Positions 39,036-47,219 of a DNA stretch of 64,000 nt are shown here, piece after piece. Source of the DNA: a virus. The notes beneath the pieces were generated by a model. That model had not been told where the DNA came from. It did not search any database and saw only the letters and a list, made by a program, of their open reading frames with translations. The position numbers and the translations under genes are program-made. The DNA lies in IMG/VR virus record IMGVR_UViG_3300004097_000003, positions 1,002-65,001 of that record; one strand, given 5' to 3'. How positions within the stretch are numbered: position 1 is the first letter of the stretch; every line of letters begins with the position of its first letter.

Positions 39036-39243
39036 CTCAATCTTATTAAGAGCTAGGGATTCAGATGGGAGTTGGATTGAAAACTTCCATCTAGGTGCTT
39101 GGTTGATGCGCAATGAAGATAATACCGCTTGGGTACCAATGACAACTGCAAATACTAGAATCGCTAATCCTGATTATGATCCAAATGATTTAGATTCAAT
39201 TATGTGGTTGGTTCCCGGCGACCCAAGACAAACTGGAGATTAG
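39028..39243 (+). CDS. small fibre-associated protein (71 aa)
   Basis: GAGGAG RBS; R(D/N)xxxxxW repeats as in the middle of 30811-33468. Confidence 0.65.
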   Translation: MANSILLRARDSDGSWIENFHLGAWLMRNEDNTAWVPMTTANTRIANPDYDPNDLDSIMWLVPGDPRQTGD

Positions 39244-39244
39244 T

Positions 39245-40006
39245 ATGTTAACTAAACCGAAGATTAGTATGATAGCTCCAAGTCAGAACTCTGCTGATAA
39301 TGATGTAGTGAAGACGGCTGGAGGTAAGTTAAAGTCGGAGCAGAATGTAGTACCTATAGGGGACGCCGCAGTTAAGAGTGGCCGATATGATACTACGACA
39401 GGCACTTTGATGATAACGTTAGGTGATGACAGTACTTTAGTCGTGGAGGGTTTTCCTACTGACCAGAGTATAGGAACTGGCCCTAAAGGTGATAGAGGTG
39501 CTGTAGGAAAAGGAGGCCGTCCTGGCAAGAACGGCAAAGATGGATTAGATGGCCCTCAAGGATGTCCAGGGTCTAAAGGAGATAAAGGTGAAATCGGTCC
39601 TACAGGGCCAGAAGGCCCTATGGGTATAACGGGTGAGCAAGGTATTCAAGGTATTCAGGGCCAGCAAGGTGACAGGGGACCTAAAGGAGAACCTGGGCAA
39701 GAACCTATTTACGTATACAGTGAAGCAGGTAGTGAAGAACGAACAGTACAATATGGCCGTGTCATGCTGTGGGGTCACTATCAGTCGGACGGTAGCGTTA
39801 ACACTGCTGATGTTAGGTATCCTCAGGCTACAACTAGACTTACACAAACTGTAGTAGCCTTCTTCGCTAATCCTCAATCCGTTCAAGCTCAAAACTATGA
39901 GATTGAAGCGCAGACGAAAGAAGGGTTTGCTCTACGCGTACCATCATCATTTGCCTTACCCCTTGATGACGATTGGGACTTCCAATGGATAGCACTAGGA
40001 GATTAA
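39245..40006 (+). CDS. collagen-like fibre protein with C-terminal tip domain (253 aa)
   Basis: 25 Gly-X-Y triplets from 39479; C-terminal MLWG...FQWIALG resembles common fibre-tip lectin-like domains. Confidence 0.85.
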   Translation: MLTKPKISMIAPSQNSADNDVVKTAGGKLKSEQNVVPIGDAAVKSGRYDTTTGTLMITLGDDSTLVVEGFPTDQSIGTGPKGDRGAVGKGGRPGKNGKDGLDGPQGCPGSKGDKGEIGPTGPEGPMGITGEQGIQGIQGQQGDRGPKGEPGQEPIYVYSEAGSEERTVQYGRVMLWGHYQSDGSVNTADVRYPQATTRLTQTVVAFFANPQSVQAQNYEIEAQTKEGFALRVPSSFALPLDDDWDFQWIALGD

Positions 40007-40007
40007 T

Positions 40008-40502
40008 ATGTTTTATGCTTCGTATGACGTAAATAAAAAGGGCGATAACATAAAAGGATTCTATCCTTTAACTCACCCTGAGATACCTAAACAGTGTATA
40101 CAAATCACAGAAGCCCAGCGTGATAAAGTAATACGGTACCCAAACCATTTTCGTGTTGAATCCGGTAGGTTAATACAGATTAAAGACACGAGGCAGGAGC
40201 TACAGAGACGGAGATTAAGTAATATCCGTAAAGAAGCTAATGCTAAGAACAAGTCGCCTATAATAGTAGGGAATCTAAAGTATTTTGTAGATTCCACGTT
40301 CTTAGGCAATCTTAATCTTAATTTAAGTGTATGCTCAAATTTAAAAGGTCATGTATGTTCTCTATGGGCTGTCAATAGTTCAGGTGATTGGGAATTTATA
40401 GTACATGATAAACAGATGCTAATTGATGTGGCTGTTGCTTTCAACTCTAGGCGAGAATCTATATCTAGAGAATTGTACGGTCAATCACCTAGTGATACTT
40501 AA
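40008..40502 (+). CDS. tail fibre assembly chaperone-like protein
   Basis: Follows a fibre gene; GFYPLTHPEIPKQCIQIT start and DUF4376-like C-terminal half. Confidence 0.55.
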   Translation: MFYASYDVNKKGDNIKGFYPLTHPEIPKQCIQITEAQRDKVIRYPNHFRVESGRLIQIKDTRQELQRRRLSNIRKEANAKNKSPIIVGNLKYFVDSTFLGNLNLNLSVCSNLKGHVCSLWAVNSSGDWEFIVHDKQMLIDVAVAFNSRRESISRELYGQSPSDT

Positions 40503-40525
40503 ATCAAACTAAACGGAAATTAACG

Positions 40526-41386
40526 ATGGATGAAAAATTAGTTACATTCGTTGATCGTTGTCTAAGCATTGCTGCTGAAAGAGAATTGGCTTACGACAAG
40601 CCAATTATCATAGTAGTAAAGGCTCCAACGACAGGTGAAACTACTCGCATAGTAATAGCCCATAGTGAACCTCATGGTTTAGTGTTACCTTTAAACGTTA
40701 CATGGGTAGTATCGGATTCAGACGACCTCGCATATAAGAAAGTATTCAAGCGTTCTTCAAAATCTACTGAGGTACCTTTTGAAAATACCTGGAGTGAACT
40801 CACTACGTACGAAGAGGTGTTTACTCCTTTTCAGTACTACGCAGATGAAGATCTTCCAGAAGTAGACTACATTGTAGGTGAAGTAGCAGACCATCTAGAT
40901 AAGACCAGTGACGACGATGTACACGGAAGTACGTCCTATACCAACGGAAGAATTTCCGTCTTACAGGGTTCTTTCGGAGCTGTTTACCAGAATCTGAACC
41001 AACGTATCGTGTACAATGATCAAAGGATTAGAGAACTGGAGAGTGTAAGCTCTGAAGGTTTATCTGAAACCATATTAGCCCTTGAGTTAGGTGGTTTAGA
41101 AAGAGACGCAATACTAACTGACCTTACTGATCGTATAGTGGATATAGAGAATGGAAGTTCAGGAGGCGGGTCCACTGGATACAACAGCTATACGAAAATA
41201 GTATCAGATGCGGATACGTCTTGGGTTATAGACCATAACTTTGGCACCAAAGGCCTTATATGTCAAATATATGATGAAGACTTTAATCCTGTACTGCCTT
41301 CAAGTATGCAGGCAATCAGCGATAATCGTTTGATAGTACTATTTGACGTGGACCAAGCAGGTCGGGCTGTTTTAATCAGTACATAG
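40526..41386 (+). CDS. virion structural protein with coiled coil and C-terminal WxIxHxxG domain
   Basis: NDQRIRELE/LTDRIVDIE coiled coil; SWVIDHNFG...GRAVLI. Confidence 0.65.
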   Translation: MDEKLVTFVDRCLSIAAERELAYDKPIIIVVKAPTTGETTRIVIAHSEPHGLVLPLNVTWVVSDSDDLAYKKVFKRSSKSTEVPFENTWSELTTYEEVFTPFQYYADEDLPEVDYIVGEVADHLDKTSDDDVHGSTSYTNGRISVLQGSFGAVYQNLNQRIVYNDQRIRELESVSSEGLSETILALELGGLERDAILTDLTDRIVDIENGSSGGGSTGYNSYTKIVSDADTSWVIDHNFGTKGLICQIYDEDFNPVLPSSMQAISDNRLIVLFDVDQAGRAVLIST

Positions 41387-41396
41387 GTTGTACATC

Positions 41397-42335
41397 ATGA
41401 TAAGACTCAAGACCCGGATCCTCGTTGCACTTATTTTTATGCTGTTTAGTAAATCAATATGGTCGTCATATACTCTCTTCCATAAAGATGAATTTACAAT
41501 GGCCGTAGTTAGATCCCCTGTCGGTTCTTATTACGGTAATCCATATATAAGATATATTGCCGAACACCTAGATCAAGTAGGTGTCCATGTTATATATATC
41601 AAACCTACTATCACGAAAACACGCATACCCTCTAACTATCAAATAAACTTGATTGCAGGTAAGATACTAAAAACATCTCCTAAACAAGTACTAGCTAGTG
41701 ACTCCCTAATAAAAAGGTTGAAGGAAGCATTGCCCTTTAAATGGCACAGTAGACTAAGACCTTTCTCTTTTGTAGATCTAGGATCGTCATATATTGAGCA
41801 GTATTCCATGAAGTTAAGGAATTTCATAGAATCCTCAAATTTTTCGTATGACCGAATCTATATACTACATGATCAGACCCCTTTCAGCACTGAAAGGGCT
41901 TTGAGCATAAGAGGTAACCTCATAAAAGCTAAATTCCCAATCTCCAAAATAACATTAGTAACCATTAAGAACTTCCATAGTATAGGTGCGGAACTTAGGA
42001 AGATTTCACATAAGCCTCCTTCTATTATAATCAATAGCATCTTTGTTATAAATGACCTGGAGGTTAATAAGTTGAGGTATAGTGATGACGCTAAACAGTC
42101 AATATTAGATAACAACAGAAAGCATTTAGATATAGGTTTCTGGGTAGCCCGTGATAACGAGGCTTTAATCATAGAACCTAACCCGAAAGATTTCTACGAC
42201 TATTTAATTCTAGGTAAAGAGATTTCACCTGTGCGAGTTAATCTTTACGTCAATAAGAAAAGAATGAATAAACTAAAAATGCAACACATGTATATCAATG
42301 GCATGGGTGATTTAGATGGATTACTAGACAGATGA
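41397..42335 (+). CDS. secreted periplasmic-binding-protein-like (ABC substrate-binding type) protein
   Basis: Signal peptide (MIRLKTRILVALIFMLFSKSIWS); IYILHDQT and C-terminal LYVNKKRMNKL resemble ABC_sub_bind family motifs. Confidence 0.5.
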   Translation: MIRLKTRILVALIFMLFSKSIWSSYTLFHKDEFTMAVVRSPVGSYYGNPYIRYIAEHLDQVGVHVIYIKPTITKTRIPSNYQINLIAGKILKTSPKQVLASDSLIKRLKEALPFKWHSRLRPFSFVDLGSSYIEQYSMKLRNFIESSNFSYDRIYILHDQTPFSTERALSIRGNLIKAKFPISKITLVTIKNFHSIGAELRKISHKPPSIIINSIFVINDLEVNKLRYSDDAKQSILDNNRKHLDIGFWVARDNEALIIEPNPKDFYDYLILGKEISPVRVNLYVNKKRMNKLKMQHMYINGMGDLDGLLDR

Positions 42336-42646
42336 CTACGAGAAAGAAATTTAAACTACTACTCATTCTAGTAATTGCAGTTGTAGGGATAACAACAATA
42401 AGTCATTTCTCCGTATCAAGTGGAATACAAAAAGAGCGTGAGAAGATTAGAGAGGACATTGTCTGTATATCCGCTATATGCTTAGATACAGGAATAGGTA
42501 ATGAATGTTTTACCTTACCTTCGACAATAAGTAAAATATCGATTGTGGAAGATTTGAACGTCTTCGGAGCAAAGAGATTAATTATAGAGCCTGGCGATAG
42601 TAGCTGCGGTGTAATAAGGAATGGTGGTACTAATGGAGTTCCTTGA
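42332..42646 (+). CDS. small membrane-anchored/secreted Cys-containing protein (104 aa)
   Basis: N-terminal TM/signal, 4 Cys in the soluble part; ATGA overlap. Confidence 0.65.
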   Translation: MTTRKKFKLLLILVIAVVGITTISHFSVSSGIQKEREKIREDIVCISAICLDTGIGNECFTLPSTISKISIVEDLNVFGAKRLIIEPGDSSCGVIRNGGTNGVP

Positions 42647-43181
42647 TTTACTCCTCAACAGCCCTGTAGCCGTGATAGTACTTACAGTAATACTTTGCTG
42701 TTTTACTGCTTATGGTTATTTATCAGTACTTCCGATGATGGAACGTAATGATATGTTGAACAAGAGGAATAAAGAGCTTGAAGACAAGCTCTTAACACAA
42801 GGCGGAGTAATAACTACGTTACTTCCGCAGTTGGAATCCTTTATAGGTACAGACTTCAAGGACACCTTACGAGGAGTCAGTGATAGTCTATTGCTTCTTC
42901 AGGAGTCAGTTAACCAATTGAAGGCTTCGGCTAGAGATACTAGTAACCTATACAGTAAGTTCGATGCTTTAAAAGATAAGATTGACCGTATAGATTCCGT
43001 TATAAACAAACACCCAAATAACCTTGAGTCTGAAATGGCTGAACTTAAAAGGTCAGTAAGCGATATACATAGTGAGTGCGTCGGGCTATTGAGACGTTAC
43101 GATAGTATCGCAGGGGCGCTTATTCAAAATAACACTGGCCGAATGGACGGTCAGCCGGTGCACTTGGAAGGCCTAAGATGA
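42633..43181 (+). CDS. membrane protein with long coiled coil
   Basis: TM VAVIVLTVILCCFTAYGYL followed by heptad-rich helices; start 42633 preferred. Confidence 0.7.
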   Translation: MEFLDLLLNSPVAVIVLTVILCCFTAYGYLSVLPMMERNDMLNKRNKELEDKLLTQGGVITTLLPQLESFIGTDFKDTLRGVSDSLLLLQESVNQLKASARDTSNLYSKFDALKDKIDRIDSVINKHPNNLESEMAELKRSVSDIHSECVGLLRRYDSIAGALIQNNTGRMDGQPVHLEGLR

Positions 43182-43936
43182 TATTCATTAAAAACAACAT
43201 AAATTTCAGGCAAGTTAGTGCATTGGCGCAATCTAACTTCCTACGAAGTAAAAGTTTCATGCTAAATGAAGTGTTGAAGTCAGAAAAACACGTATTCAGC
43301 AGTACCTCAAAAGAGATACTGCTGCAAACCTACAAGGTGTGGACGGATTTACTCATAGTGACAGAAGACTTCTTCGTAAGTAATAGTAAATCCGTCTGTG
43401 ACGCAGAGGCTTTGGATTTTCTCAACTCCGAAGCTAAGAAACGTGTTGAAGTATTACGTAAACATTTCGTGTCTAAACCGGAGTGGTTTGATCAAGAGTT
43501 TATAAACGTATGGCTTGAGATACAGGATTCGCGTAAGGTACAACTTAAGCAAACTCTGTCCCACACGGCATTAAATGAATCAGCTACTTCGGCATATAAC
43601 AGTATGACGTTGCACCTTATATCATTTATGAACCACGTATTATTTACATTACATGAAATAGACTACCTCTTGTACTTCAACGATAGAGAGGATTTTCTAC
43701 CTTTTGTGTACATTGACACGGTAGATGTTAATTTTAATATAGCTACTGGTAATTGCTATTCCTCTACGAGGATTGACATATACCGAGCTTTGAATCTACT
43801 TAATACGGAAACCATAGAAATTAAAAATGGTTTCCGTAAAGAGCAACTGGAAGATGATAGTAAATTCGCTAAAGCGTATAAAGCTATAACTTCCGAAATT
43901 GAATCACGTGGCATAACGATAGGTTGTATTACGTAG
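43178..43936 (+). CDS. hypothetical soluble protein (252 aa)
   Basis: ATGA overlap with the previous gene; no motif recognised. Confidence 0.7.
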   Translation: MIFIKNNINFRQVSALAQSNFLRSKSFMLNEVLKSEKHVFSSTSKEILLQTYKVWTDLLIVTEDFFVSNSKSVCDAEALDFLNSEAKKRVEVLRKHFVSKPEWFDQEFINVWLEIQDSRKVQLKQTLSHTALNESATSAYNSMTLHLISFMNHVLFTLHEIDYLLYFNDREDFLPFVYIDTVDVNFNIATGNCYSSTRIDIYRALNLLNTETIEIKNGFRKEQLEDDSKFAKAYKAITSEIESRGITIGCIT

Positions 43937-43972
43937 ATATTTAAAACTAAACCTTAATTGGAGAATTCTTTT

Positions 43973-45655
43973 ATGAATTTATTAGGTAATTTGGCATTAA
44001 CCGGTGGCGGTGTCATCAAGAAGCTTCGCCCAGAAAACTTAGCAGCAGATCCAGTATCTCCTTTAGTGAGCCAAATATGGTTTAATACAGTAGACCTGGC
44101 ATTAAAATACTTTGACGGCACTGAGGTACACCAAATCGCCCAAGGTGGTGATTTAGACGAATACTTACGCCGTGACGGTTCCTTACAAATGGGTGCCGAT
44201 TTAGAATTATCAAGTGTAGATCAAACGGCTTCTACGGATTTATCGGCCGTATCTAAAGGTCATTTAAACACGGAGCTTGATAAGAAAGAATTAGTTCTTA
44301 CAGGTGCCGCTACTACTATAGCACATGACGATCTAGATGCTGACCTAGCACTTGTCTCTGATGCTGCAGGTAAAGTAAGTGCCTCGGCTACTACTTCCGC
44401 ACAAGTAGGCTACTTATCTACTTTGACTTCTGACGTCCAGGTTCAGCTAGATAGTAAAGAAGACGCTCTTGGGTATACTCCGTTAGATAAAGCTGGAGAT
44501 GCAATGTCAGGCCAGTTGGCTATGAATACAAATGCTATTGTAGGCTTACCTGCAGCGGTTGACGCAACTTCACCTGTACGTCTTGCGGAATTTGACGGCT
44601 TTATAGCTGGGTTTAATTGGCAAGAAGATGTCATTGCAATTCAAACCGATGCTTTGACCGATCCAGGAGCCGCTCCTGAGGAAGGCGCTCGTTACGTAAT
44701 CTCAGATGCAGCTAACCTACATGCCAACTTCGGTACTATTGCAGATGTAGAAAACAATGACATCGTAGAGTTCGATGGTACTGACTTCGTAGTAACTTTT
44801 GACGCTAACGTTGTTACTGATCCAGATGGTGCAATGGTTTGGAACACAGGCGCTGCAAACAACTACCGCTTAATCTCAGATGTGTGGACTCCTTTCTACG
44901 GCCTAGATAATCTAATCGCCGGTACTGGTCTTATTAAATCAGGCCAAACGTTTGATGTGAACTTAGGTGCAGGTATCGGCGAAACACCTTTTGACGAAGT
45001 AGGTATTGACTACGCACCTAATGGTGGTCTTTGGACTCAGGTAGCAGGCGTTGAGTCCACCGACTCTGCGTCTACTTTAGCAATCAAGCTTAATGGTTCT
45101 TCGTTAAAAACTACCGTACTAGGTCTTGAAATCAACGCTGACGGCATCGACGAAACAATGCTAGTTAGTTCTGCTTTAGGTAACGGATTACAAGGCGGTT
45201 CGGGTGTTACTCTTAACGTTAAAGGCGATACGGGTATTACCGTTTCAGAAACTGGTGTTGCTTTCGATGAAACTTATGGCGATGAACGTTACGCTACTCT
45301 ATCCGGTGCTACATTCACTGGTATTATTAAAGGTGTTACGCCAGTCGATGATGAAGACTTATCTACTAAAGGTTATATTGACACGGCTGATGCCTTAATC
45401 AATGAAGCCATTACGGCACTAAGTACTAAAGTAGGAGGTGGTCACTTTGTATATGAAGAAGTTACTACTCCAGCTTCTAGCCACGTTGTAGTTCACAATT
45501 TTGCCAACAAGTATGTTGACGTTACGGTTGTGGATACTTCGGATGAAGTTATCCTACCTGATAGCATATCTTATACTGATGATAACACTGTGACTGTTGG
45601 CTTCACTAGCCCAATCCTTTGTAGAGTCATTATAACAGGTGCTAACAAGTCGTAG
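43973..45655 (+). CDS. virion fibre/decoration protein
   Basis: Start 43973 after GGAG; LRRDG, LDKAGDAMSG fibre motifs; C-terminal HVVVHNF domain. Confidence 0.75.
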   Translation: MNLLGNLALTGGGVIKKLRPENLAADPVSPLVSQIWFNTVDLALKYFDGTEVHQIAQGGDLDEYLRRDGSLQMGADLELSSVDQTASTDLSAVSKGHLNTELDKKELVLTGAATTIAHDDLDADLALVSDAAGKVSASATTSAQVGYLSTLTSDVQVQLDSKEDALGYTPLDKAGDAMSGQLAMNTNAIVGLPAAVDATSPVRLAEFDGFIAGFNWQEDVIAIQTDALTDPGAAPEEGARYVISDAANLHANFGTIADVENNDIVEFDGTDFVVTFDANVVTDPDGAMVWNTGAANNYRLISDVWTPFYGLDNLIAGTGLIKSGQTFDVNLGAGIGETPFDEVGIDYAPNGGLWTQVAGVESTDSASTLAIKLNGSSLKTTVLGLEINADGIDETMLVSSALGNGLQGGSGVTLNVKGDTGITVSETGVAFDETYGDERYATLSGATFTGIIKGVTPVDDEDLSTKGYIDTADALINEAITALSTKVGGGHFVYEEVTTPASSHVVVHNFANKYVDVTVVDTSDEVILPDSISYTDDNTVTVGFTSPILCRVIITGANKS

Positions 45656-45680
45656 TATGATACGCTTAGTTAGTTGAATT

Positions 45681-45703
45681 AAAGGGGACTTCGGTCCCCT
45701 TTT
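45681..45703 (+). terminator. intrinsic terminator (possibly bidirectional)
   Basis: AAAGGGGAC-TTCG-GTCCCCTTTT. Confidence 0.9.
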
Positions 45704-45730
45704 AGCCTTTCAATACCATAAGGACTTTAT

Positions 45731-46330
45731 ATGAAATCTTTCGGTAATATAGATATGCAGAATAATGTACTCAAGAATGTTGTACTTGAAGATTTAGACG
45801 CATTTCCCGCTAATCCTAAGGTAGGATCTTTTGCTTTAATCCAAAAACGACTAATGGTCTGTTTGGAGTTACAAGACACTGTACCTCTTTGGTTCCCTCT
45901 GGGTTCTGAGATAAGTACCCACACTCATACTCAAAGTGAAGACGAATCAGTGTGGGTTATAAATCATGATCTAGGTAGTTCGACGGTTTTAGTACAAGCC
46001 TATGATGTAAATAACAAAGTCATTATACCTGATGATATTGACCTAAGTCTAAAAGACACTGCGGTAATTACGTTCGCAGTTCCTATACAAGGTCGTGCCA
46101 TTATTATGTTAGGTAATATTACAGGTATGGCTAAACCTGAAGTCCGCTTCGAGCAATCATTTACTGTCAATGCTACATGGACGCTTAATCATGGACTTGG
46201 GTATAATCCTATTATCCGTTGTATAAAAGATGGCCTAGAGATACAACCTCAGTCTATCGTACATGATTCCACAACTACCGCTACTATTACTTTCAGTGAA
46301 CCTGTTTCAGGTAAAGTAGTGGCTATATAG
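45731..46330 (+). CDS. virion structural protein with two WxIxHxLG domains
   Basis: WVINHDLG and WTLNHGLG repeats. Confidence 0.75.
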   Translation: MKSFGNIDMQNNVLKNVVLEDLDAFPANPKVGSFALIQKRLMVCLELQDTVPLWFPLGSEISTHTHTQSEDESVWVINHDLGSSTVLVQAYDVNNKVIIPDDIDLSLKDTAVITFAVPIQGRAIIMLGNITGMAKPEVRFEQSFTVNATWTLNHGLGYNPIIRCIKDGLEIQPQSIVHDSTTTATITFSEPVSGKVVAI

Positions 46331-46340
46331 GGAGTACATT

Positions 46341-46556
46341 ATGCTTAAACGATCACAACCTGTCAATTACGTACAAGAGAACCCTTCTACTACTTGGATT
46401 ATTCCACATACGTTAGGTGAAATTGTAGCAGTAGACGTTTTTGTAGACTTAGGTGAAATTGCATTAGAGAAAATACTTGCTCCTACAAAGTTTGAGGAAA
46501 ATCAAGTCACTATATCGTTCAGTCAGCCTATGAAAGGTAAAGCTCGCGTAGTGTGA
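46341..46556 (+). CDS. stand-alone WxIxHxLG domain protein (71 aa)
   Basis: TWIIPHTLG...GKARVV; GGAG RBS. Confidence 0.75.
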   Translation: MLKRSQPVNYVQENPSTTWIIPHTLGEIVAVDVFVDLGEIALEKILAPTKFEENQVTISFSQPMKGKARVV

Positions 46557-46640
46557 TATCGTTTTAAACGTGTTTACTTAATACTGTTAAACACCCGCTA
46601 CATCGAAAGGTGTAGCATTAACATACAAGAGGATAAATTT

Positions 46641-47213
46641 ATGTTAACTGATGGCATTCAACTGGTAGGTGCATCTAAGATCCAACGCGAGATGGTAAAT
46701 TCATCTAGACGTGGTCCTATACTTCCATTAGAGCCAGTAAGCTCACAGTTATTCCAATTAACTGAAACAGAGGGCACTAACACTCCCGGTATTTATGTGT
46801 ACAGCCTTACTGAGGAAGAATGGGTTCCCGTAGGTGATACAGAATCGCATCCATATGACATAGCGATGTCAGTATGGGGCCGCCCAATGAGCTACCGCTC
46901 TATAGCTAAGATTGTAAGTCCACGCACTATAATCTTCGACGAAGGCTTAATTAAGTGCAAGGCCGTATGTGATGAGGCCTCATCGGTCCGTGTCGATTTT
47001 CAAATAAAGATTAAGAATGTGTCTAATGTGGACACCACAATAGGCGTTTTAACGTTCATGCCTGGTGAATTAATTGGGTCTTTTACTAGCTCTTTAGGCC
47101 ACGATGCGTTACTTCAAGAAAATGACCACTTATTCTTGATTAATGAAGCTGATCGGGATGTAAGCTTGCGCGATTTGTCAATCACCCTAACAGGGCGTCT
47201 AGCTACCTTATAA
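46641..47213 (+). CDS. virion structural protein (190 aa)
   Basis: MLTDGIQLVG..P.EP...LF..G.YVY fibre-type N-terminus; GAGG RBS. Confidence 0.65.
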   Translation: MLTDGIQLVGASKIQREMVNSSRRGPILPLEPVSSQLFQLTETEGTNTPGIYVYSLTEEEWVPVGDTESHPYDIAMSVWGRPMSYRSIAKIVSPRTIIFDEGLIKCKAVCDEASSVRVDFQIKIKNVSNVDTTIGVLTFMPGELIGSFTSSLGHDALLQENDHLFLINEADRDVSLRDLSITLTGRLATL

Positions 47214-47219
47214 GGAGGA

